Positions 8,584 through 15,132 of a stretch of 42,542 nt of DNA are shown piece after piece. How positions within the stretch are numbered: position 1 is the stretch's first letter; the number at the start of each line of letters is the position of its first letter. The position numbers were made by a program, and so were the translations under genes. Source of the DNA: Candidatus Aerophobota bacterium (GTDB taxonomy: Bacteria; Aerophobota; Aerophobia; Aerophobales; JAGGXI01); NCBI GenBank assembly GCA_034659655.1, contig JAYEHT010000207.1:1-42542 (forward strand). Direction: 5' to 3'. A model generated the notes under the pieces. It was not told the origin of the DNA and ran no database searches. It saw only the letters and a program-made list of their open reading frames with translations.

Positions 8584-9747
8584 TTATCCCTCCTTTTTGC
8601 CCAGAGGACTTATCTTTCTTAATGATTCTACCACTTCAGCTGTTGCCTCAATTGTATAGTCAATCTCCTCTGCGGTATTAAATTTACTTAAACTGTATCT
8701 TACAGAACCGTGAGCTAACTCATGAGTAAATCCCATAGCCATCAAAACATGGCTTGGCTCTAAAGACCTGCTGAAACAGGCTGAACCTGTAGTTACAGCA
8801 ATTCCCTTCATATCCAGATGCAAGAGAATTGATTCTCCCTCAGCAAAATGGAATGATACATTAACATTATTAGGGAGTCGCTTTTCTGGAGAACCATTAA
8901 GCTGACAGTGGGAAATCCTGGACAAAATCCCCTTAATTAATTTATCGCGCAGTTTCTTTACATATTCTACTTGCTCTCCACTGGCTATCTCCACCGCTTT
9001 AGCAAATCCCACAGCTCCTGGAATATTTTCGGTTCCTGCTCTTAAATTAAACTCATTAAATCCCCCTTCCATTATTTTCTCTATTTTTGTCCCTTTTTTG
9101 ATATAAAGGGCGCCTATCCCTTTGGGGCCATGAATTTTGTGAGCAGTTATCGATATTAAATCCACATTGGTGTTCTTTACACTCAAAGGAATTCTGGTAA
9201 AGCTTTGAGCAGCATCAGTATGAAGAATTACCCCTTTCCGTGTGCATATATCTCCTATTTTATCTAATTCCTGTATTGTTCCTGCTTCTTGATTTGCCTG
9301 TTGGATAGAAACCAGGATTGTTTTATTATTTATCGCATCTTCTAACTGTTCAAGATTTACAAAACCTTCTCTATCCACGTCCAAATAAATAACCTCAAAG
9401 CCCTTTTTTTCTAAAGCTCGACAGGTATTTATTACGGAATGGTGCTCTATTCTGGAGGTAATAATCCTATTACCTTTGTTCTTTAAAGCATAAGCAACTC
9501 CCTTGATAGCCAAATTATTAGATTCAGTTCCTCCCGAGGTAAACACAATTTCCTCAGGCTGAGCGCCAAGCTTTTTAGCTATTGCTACCCTTGAATCTTC
9601 CAGGGCATCTTTTGCCTCTATGCCTGGGGTATGACCAAATTCTGATGAAGCAACGCCATATTTTTTTAAAAAATAGAGTTTCATTGCCTCAAAAACTTGA
9701 GAATCTACTCTGGTAGTAGCCGCATTGTCCAGATAAACTCTTTTCAT
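8584..9747 (-). CDS. nifS: Cysteine desulfurase (NifS/IscS class)
   Basis: 387 aa with SGGTESNN, ITAHKIHGPKGIG (PLP lysine) and TGSACFS (catalytic Cys loop). Confidence 0.9.
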   Translation of the reverse strand: MKRVYLDNAATTRVDSQVFEAMKLYFLKKYGVASSEFGHTPGIEAKDALEDSRVAIAKKLGAQPEEIVFTSGGTESNNLAIKGVAYALKNKGNRIITSRIEHHSVINTCRALEKKGFEVIYLDVDREGFVNLEQLEDAINNKTILVSIQQANQEAGTIQELDKIGDICTRKGVILHTDAAQSFTRIPLSVKNTNVDLISITAHKIHGPKGIGALYIKKGTKIEKIMEGGFNEFNLRAGTENIPGAVGFAKAVEIASGEQVEYVKKLRDKLIKGILSRISHCQLNGSPEKRLPNNVNVSFHFAEGESILLHLDMKGIAVTTGSACFSRSLEPSHVLMAMGFTHELAHGSVRYSLSKFNTAEEIDYTIEATAEVVESLRKISPLGKKEG

Positions 9748-9792
9748 TTAACCTACCATTTTATAAACTTATTTTTATCTTTTTGCTAATCA

Positions 9793-10176
9793 TTAATTTT
9801 CTCCTCCTTTCCATAGTCCGTGTATGCTGCAGTACTCACGGGCTGCGATTTTCCTGGCCTTAACATTAAACGTCGCTTCCGGGGTATCTCCCGGTTTTAA
9901 AAAACGACGGCAGGATTTTCCCTCAGCTATCACCTCTATCCACTCTATGTAGTGCTTCTCTTCCATAGGATGAGGGATACTCCCTACTTTCACCTTAACT
10001 TTGTCTGCTGCTTTCTCTATTACCGGTAGATGTTTTTCCCGACCTACCTCCTCTTTCTTTTCTTCCATAAGTTCCATAGGCTTCCCGCAACAAACCAGTT
10101 TTCCTTTGCCGGTATGCAAAACCTCAACGATATTCCCGCATATATTACACTTATAAACCTCTTTTAGCTTAGTCAT
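9793..10176 (-). CDS. dfx: Desulfoferrodoxin (2Fe superoxide reductase)
   Basis: An N-terminal desulforedoxin motif (CNICGN...CCGKPM) plus the neelaredoxin-type centre II ([26 protein letters not shown]). Confidence 0.9.
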   Translation of the reverse strand: MTKLKEVYKCNICGNIVEVLHTGKGKLVCCGKPMELMEEKKEEVGREKHLPVIEKAADKVKVKVGSIPHPMEEKHYIEWIEVIAEGKSCRRFLKPGDTPEATFNVKARKIAAREYCSIHGLWKGGEN

Positions 10177-10233
10177 CTTTCTCTCCTGAGATGGATAAAA
10201 GAATCTTATCTCTACTTTTTGATAATAATGTTT

Positions 10234-10548
10234 CTATTCAATAAGAATTTCTTTTGGCTTCTCTGGCTTCATAAATGGTACGGTAATTGCAAGAAGACCA
10301 CTATCAAATTTAGCCTTAGCTTCATCCAGAGTAATCTCGTGAAGGAACCGGTAGCAAGTCTGGTAGATAAAGTCATCCCTTTCCCCAGTGGCACAGAAAC
10401 CTTCATCGGTCATACTCACCTTCACATCCTTCTTCTTTACCCCGGGAAGCTCTACCTCAATAATTAGATTCTCATCTTTTTCATCATGGTAGGCACTCAC
10501 CGTGGGCACAACCATCACTTTTTCCTTCTTTTTAGGCATTTTCCTCAC
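10234..10548 (-). CDS. Hsp20/alpha-crystallin family small heat-shock protein
   Basis: 104 aa with an alpha-crystallin core (LIIEVELPGVKKKDVKVS...GLLAITVP). Confidence 0.7.
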   Translation of the reverse strand: MRKMPKKKEKVMVVPTVSAYHDEKDENLIIEVELPGVKKKDVKVSMTDEGFCATGERDDFIYQTCYRFLHEITLDEAKAKFDSGLLAITVPFMKPEKPKEILIE

Positions 10549-10606
10549 CCCCTATTTTATTCTTAAAGATATATTGCTTAATCTACACTGCAGGCTTCCC
10601 CTACTA

Positions 10607-10828
10607 TTATCCTTCAATCTTCGCTCGTCCTAATTTAGTAGCAACATACTTTTCTTCTTTTTCCTCTACCAAACCAGCCTCAAGCATTTCTCGAATACTG
10701 CTCCTTATCCTGAAAAGCGGTAATCCGGTAGATTTAGCTACTTCTTCTGAGGTGATGGGTGATGATATAGCAGAGAGCACTGCTCTGGCAGAGGGAGTTA
10801 GAGTTCCATCCTCATTGATACAAGGCAT
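10607..10828 (-). CDS. Small (74 aa) putative winged-helix protein
   Basis: I prefer the internal ATG at 10828 (MPCINEDG...), which has AGGAG 8 nt upstream and avoids the 41-nt overlap with the peroxiredoxin gene. The helix-turn-helix-like segment is ITSEEVAKSTGLPLFRIRSSIREMLEAGLV. The function is a guess. Confidence 0.4.
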   Translation of the reverse strand: MPCINEDGTLTPSARAVLSAISSPITSEEVAKSTGLPLFRIRSSIREMLEAGLVEEKEEKYVATKLGRAKIEG

Positions 10829-10838
10829 GATAAATCTC

Positions 10839-11501
10839 CTAAAGTTTTTTCTTGCAGAAGTACCAGTCTTTACATTCATACCCTTCTTTTAGCCGTTGCT
10901 CTGCCATCTCCTGGGTTTTGGGCGGAGGCACGATAACTGCTTCACCCGGCTTCCAGTTAGCAGGGGTAGCCACCTTATGCTTGTCTGTTGTCTGGAGAGC
11001 GTCAATGAGACGGAGAATCTCTTGCATATTGCGACCAGTAGTAAGTGGATAGTAAATCATAGCCCGCAAAATTCCTTCCGGGTCAATGACGAAGACACAT
11101 CTTGCCGTCTCTGTTTTGCTCTCTCCCGGATGGATCATACCATAGAGAGTAGCCACTTTCTTGTCTAAATCCGCAATAACAGGGAAGGGTATTTTAACTC
11201 CCATTTTTTCTTCAATGTTTCTCACCCAGGCGATATGTGAGGACACACTATCTACACTAAGACCCAAAAGCTCCACTCCCCGCCTCTTTAATTCAGGATG
11301 AATTTCGGCAAAGCCCATAAATTCTGTAGTGCAAACCGGGGTAAAATCAGCTGGATGAGAAAATAAAATTAGCCAACCTCCTTTAAAGTCTTCCAGGCGC
11401 ACTACTCCCTGTGTAGTTGTAGCTTCAAAGGTTGGAGCTGGTTCTCCAAGCCTTGGCATAGACACAGCCTCTTTTATTTCAGTAATTATTTTTTCTTCCA
11501 T
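10839..11501 (-). CDS. Peroxiredoxin (1-Cys / Prx6-like)
   Basis: 220 aa with the peroxidatic motif FTPVCTTE and the length and blocks of Prx6-type enzymes. Confidence 0.9.
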   Translation of the reverse strand: MEEKIITEIKEAVSMPRLGEPAPTFEATTTQGVVRLEDFKGGWLILFSHPADFTPVCTTEFMGFAEIHPELKRRGVELLGLSVDSVSSHIAWVRNIEEKMGVKIPFPVIADLDKKVATLYGMIHPGESKTETARCVFVIDPEGILRAMIYYPLTTGRNMQEILRLIDALQTTDKHKVATPANWKPGEAVIVPPPKTQEMAEQRLKEGYECKDWYFCKKKL

Positions 11502-11564
11502 TTTTTTCTCCTCTCTTTATTATTCTCTTAATTTCTTTTCATTAAAGTCTCTTTATTTTTTCAG

Positions 11565-11948
11565 TTATAGGAGCCTTTTCTCACCCTTAATCTTTTTTAT
11601 TTCTGTGATATCTTGTGTAGCTTCCAGACATCCGAGATAGCTTCCTTCTTTATCCCGTACAGCAAAATACCGGATATAAATCAGACGTTCTTTATTTTTT
11701 ATCCAAAATTCTGCTGTATCTCTACGAGCTTTTTTGAAATCGTCCAGAATTTGATTAACAACGTGGAGGCTCTTACCTGGATGACATTGCTGAACTTTGC
11801 GACCGATTACAGCGCGAGTTCGGGGGAAAATTCGCCTCCCCTCTTTATTGAAATATCTGACCGTATCCTCCTTATTTACAAAGGAAATCTCTACGGGTAT
11901 AGTATCTAAAATTGCCTCAAGCTCCTCTTTGCTAAGATTTTCAATCAT
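11565..11948 (-). CDS. Stand-alone PAS-fold protein of the type found at the C terminus of DUF438/hemerythrin proteins
   Basis: 127 aa. The blocks VRYFNKEGRRIFPRTRAVIGRKVQQCHPGKS...FWI...IRYFAVRD..G.YLG.LE..QDIT match my memory of that PAS subfamily. Confidence 0.55.
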   Translation of the reverse strand: MIENLSKEELEAILDTIPVEISFVNKEDTVRYFNKEGRRIFPRTRAVIGRKVQQCHPGKSLHVVNQILDDFKKARRDTAEFWIKNKERLIYIRYFAVRDKEGSYLGCLEATQDITEIKKIKGEKRLL

Positions 11949-11951
11949 TTT

Positions 11952-12641
11952 TCATTCCTCCTTTTCAAATTCTTCCTTACTTGCGCCGCAGATAGGGCAT
12001 ACCCAGTCATCGGGTAGCTCTTTAAAAGGTGTGCCCGGTTTTATTCCGCTATCCGGATCTCCCTTTTCAGGGTCGTAGACATATCCACAAACAGCGCATC
12101 TATATTTATCCATATCCTCACCTCTCTTTTTAGGTTCTTCTTTTATATAAGTAGGTGCAGCTTTAGGAGCCTTACCCCGTTTCACCTCATGATAATAGGC
12201 ATAAGTCATAGGAATTCCTTCTTTGATGTTTTCTGCCTCCACCACTTTTCCTATAAAGATAGTGTGAGTTCCCACATCTATCTTTTTAATTACCTCAGCC
12301 TCCAGATAAGCTAAAGTGTTGTCCAGAACTAAAGGAGCTCCTGTTTCACCGATTTTATAATTTACAGCGGTGAATTTATCTATTTCTCTACCCGATTTGA
12401 AACCAAAGTGACCAATAAATTTCAAGGGGGTATTTTCCGAGAGAATAGAGGCAGCAAAAACACGACTTTCCTCAATAAATTGGTGAGTGAAATTCTCTTT
12501 GTTGATGCTCACAGCAACGGTAGGGGGTTCGGATGTAACTTGAAAGAGAGTGTTGGCAATCTGTCCATTTAACTTATCCTTTTTTCTTGAGCTAATTACA
12601 TATAAACCATAACTTATCCTGTATAAAGCCTTAAGGTCCAT
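11952..12641 (-). CDS. Flavin-reductase-like domain fused to a C-terminal rubredoxin (high-molecular-weight rubredoxin type)
   Basis: An N-terminal FMN-binding flavin reductase fold, then CAVCGY...CPICG, a rubredoxin with the DDWVCP motif. The SD GAGGAGG lies upstream. Confidence 0.85.
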   Translation of the reverse strand: MDLKALYRISYGLYVISSRKKDKLNGQIANTLFQVTSEPPTVAVSINKENFTHQFIEESRVFAASILSENTPLKFIGHFGFKSGREIDKFTAVNYKIGETGAPLVLDNTLAYLEAEVIKKIDVGTHTIFIGKVVEAENIKEGIPMTYAYYHEVKRGKAPKAAPTYIKEEPKKRGEDMDKYRCAVCGYVYDPEKGDPDSGIKPGTPFKELPDDWVCPICGASKEEFEKEE

Positions 12642-12903
12642 CTATAGCCTCCTCGTATAATATGTTTAATTTAGCATATAAGTTTTAAGCAATTTTTATG
12701 CCAACTCGTAGCTGCCAAAAATAAACTATTTGGAGATACTCTAAATGGTTTATCCATGAGAATTTGTAGATTTTTCTGACAAAAAAAGAGCTCATCTAAA
12801 TGGACATTTTTTGTGCCTATATTGTGCAAAACTGTCTCTTTCCTTCTTCTTTATCTATGTTCGCCACTTAAAAGCGATTTTCAGGATAATTTAAGGCTAA
12901 CGG

Positions 12904-13154
12904 TGGTAGCTTGTTTCAGAGTAATAACTGTAATGCTTTATAGAAAAGTATCTTATGGATACAGTTGCTGGTATTTGAAAAATAGGGAATGTGAGACGGA
13001 GCAAAATTAATTGCTCACAGTGCCAACTTAAAAATTTTGTCCTTTTATTGGTGCAGCTTTCTGGAATCAACTGGCAAACACAGGATAGAATATTCTGGAT
13101 CGGGTGGATATTTCCGGGTTAGCAGTTTATTTTTCTTGAAAGTCTATTTTTGTT
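12904..13154. repeat. Left arm of a 251-bp inverted repeat
   Basis: It is the reverse complement of 14586-14836. I aligned every base (pairing rule l + r = 27740) and found 12 mismatches and no indels. Confidence 0.95.
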
Positions 13155-13155
13155 G

Positions 13156-13184
13156 ATTATAGTCTATTTTTCTAATTATGTCAA
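13156..13184 (-). promoter_or_regulatory. Perfect consensus sigma70-type promoter reading into the left IR arm
   Basis: The minus strand reads TTGACA (13184-13179), a 17-nt spacer, then TATAAT (13161-13156). Checked base by base. Confidence 0.55.
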
Positions 13185-13387
13185 ATAACTCCTTCTCCAG
13201 TTTTCCGGAAACTGGAGCTTTACCATCTACCCAAAAATCAAGCTCAAAAGCATCTTCAATAAGAGGGTGAAGGCTCCATCCAATAAGGCCGGCAAGGGTG
13301 TGAGAGGCAATTAGTGAGATAATCTTATCTTCCAGACTTTTCTTTGTCCTTTTTCTGCCTCTCTTTGTGGACAAAAAAGAAGGGATA

Positions 13388-14077
13388 GAACCAGGAATAA
13401 TTCTTGTAATCCAAACAGCTGGAAGATCTTTGAATTTCAATCTTCATCTTCTCATTACCGAAGGAGGGTTAGGTAAAGATAATAGATGGTATAGTCTCTC
13501 TTATATAGACCAGCATCTTTTAGGGGAAAAATGGTAGTATCTTCTTCTTACAAGATTAAGAGAGTATCTGCCCAAAAATGAAAGAACAAAAAGATTAATA
13601 GATAAGCTGTTCAAAGAAAAACGCATGTTTATCACTTATGCCAAAAAGGAGAGGAAAAGAAAGGTAGACATTGTAGGCTATCTTATAAAATATGTAATCT
13701 CTCCCCCGATCTCTTATCGAAAGATTATAGATTACAAAAATGGGGAGGTTACCTTTCGCTACCAGACCCGAGAGGGGACTAAGAATAAGATAAAAAAGCT
13801 GGATGCTTTAGGTTTTATCTATTTTTTAGTTCAGCACATCCCGGAGACGAACCAGAAGATGATTCACTACTATGGGCTTTATACAGGAGCAAAATCAAAG
13901 AGAATGAAGAAGGTAGTAGAAGAGTTCATAAGGTCTTTCAATCAACAGGGATGGGAAGAGGAACAGGAAAGACTCTTATCAGAGATTCTATCCTTTCCCA
14001 CTACTTATAGGGAGAGGATGAAGATGAGCTATAATAAAGATCCCTATCTCTGCCTGTTTGTGGAAATGAGATGGTAA
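13388..14077 (+). pseudogene. IS91-family (rolling-circle, Y2-type) transposase remnant: C-terminal two-thirds only, with an in-frame TAG
   Basis: One frame reads EPGIILVIQTAGRSLNFNLHLLITEGGLGKDNRWY...GEKW*YLLLTRL...YLIKYVISPPISYRKII..GEVTFRY...FIYFLVQHIP...IHYYGLY. This is the IS91/IS801 transposase pattern (degenerate HUH block, then the Y-motif region). There is a TAG at 13535-13537, no N-terminal zinc-finger part, and the usual C-terminal CxxC is degraded (LCLFVEMRW*). Confidence 0.7.
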
Positions 14078-14391
14078 TAGAGAGGATAGTTGGCCCTTAT
14101 GGTTATGTTATCTTTGATATTTGGAAAACAGATTATTTCCAGAATATTCCTGATGAGGAGGAGAAGAATACTAAATCTCTTCAAAAAGAAGAAAAAGGAC
14201 AAAAAGAGGAGTCTTCAAGATTTCACTAGCTTCTATTGCCCTCACTGCAAAAATAAGCAAGCTATTCCTAATAAAGTGGTTTATGTTTTACTCAAGGAAA
14301 ACATTCTCATTCTGGAGGAACAACTGCTTTTATTTATACTAAATGTGGTAGCCCTATGAAACCCATGAAGAAAGAAGATGTTTAAAAAGCC

Positions 14392-14412
14392 CTCCTCGCC
14401 AAAGGCGAGGAG
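14392..14412 (-). terminator. GC-rich hairpin followed by a T-run on the minus strand
   Basis: CTCCTCGCC-AAA-GGCGAGGAG forms a 9-bp stem. On the minus strand it is followed by GGCTTTTT. It could equally be an IS91-type end hairpin. Confidence 0.35.
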
Positions 14413-14418
14413 CTGTGC

Positions 14419-14447
14419 TTGACAAATTCATAAAGCTGTGCAATAAT
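14419..14447 (+). promoter_or_regulatory. Candidate sigma70-type promoter with extended -10, facing the right IR arm and the envelope locus
   Basis: TTGACA (14419-14424), a 17-nt spacer whose last bases are TGC, then AATAAT (14442-14447). Confidence 0.35.
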
Positions 14448-14585
14448 TTTCTTAGATTGTTTCATTTTATCCTCTCTTCTTCTCTTATTATTTTCTTCTG
14501 AGAAGGGAGGATAGTAATTCTTTTCTTCATTGACGAGGAGCATTAATTACCAGACACAATATTTATTATACTACCATCTGGGATT

Positions 14586-14836
14586 AACAAAAATAGACTT
14601 TCAAGAAAAATAAACTGCTAACCCGGAAATATTCACCCGATCCAGAATATTCTATTCTGTGTTTGCCAGTTGATTCCAGAAAGCTGCACCAATAAAAAGA
14701 CAAAATTTTTAATTTGGCACTGTGAGCAATTAATTTTGCTCCATTTCACATTACCTATTTTTCAAAGACCAGCAACTGTATCCATAATATACTTTTTTAA
14801 AAAGCATTACAATTATTACTCTGAAACAAGCTACCA
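14586..14836. repeat. Right arm of the 251-bp inverted repeat
   Basis: It is the reverse complement of 12904-13154, with 12 mismatches and no indels. Confidence 0.95.
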
Positions 14837-15132
14837 TTGTTTGTAGAGTTTACGCAGAAATGATTCTTAAATTAGCTCATAGTATAGTAAAACCGATAAT
14901 AAAATAGGGGTAATTATAGAAAGAACAACATCGAAAGATTCAGCTAAAGTAGAACACCTTCTATAATTATGTCTGCTTGTTACTTATAGAAGATGAAATA
15001 AAGCAAAAATAAGCTCAGAAGAAAGCGAGGTGATAAGTAGAGACATTAGCTGATGAATAAAGGGTAAATAAAAGAAAGTTTAACAATTCGTAAGTCTCAT
15101 GAGGATGATAAATAAAAATAGATCGTGAATAT

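Noticed and set aside
12813-13010. A 65-aa plus-strand ORF running into the left IR arm.
   Set aside because: The equivalent frame in the right arm is interrupted by a stop (…KNR*), so the arms are not conserved as coding sequence.
13144-13440. A 98-aa minus-strand ORF inside the IR-bracketed cassette.
   Set aside because: It has no recognisable family. It overlaps the plus-strand transposase remnant, which does have homology, and the perfect minus-strand promoter sits inside its 3' end. It is most likely a chance ORF.
14382-14465. A 27-codon minus-strand mini-ORF (MKQSKKIIAQLYEFVKHSSSPLARRAF) with a GAGAGGA SD. A TATAAT lies about 100 nt upstream (14570-14565), and the 14392-14412 hairpin sits at its 3' end.
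   Set aside because: It is too short to support, and there is a poor -35. The peptide is not hydrophobic (so not toxin-like), and it overlaps the plus-strand promoter candidate. It is kept only as a note.
14715-14728. A sigma54-like TGGCAC...GCA element inside the IR arms.
   Set aside because: The GG-to-GC distance is 10 nt rather than the 12 nt of the TGGCAC-N5-TTGC consensus, and the TTGC is missing.
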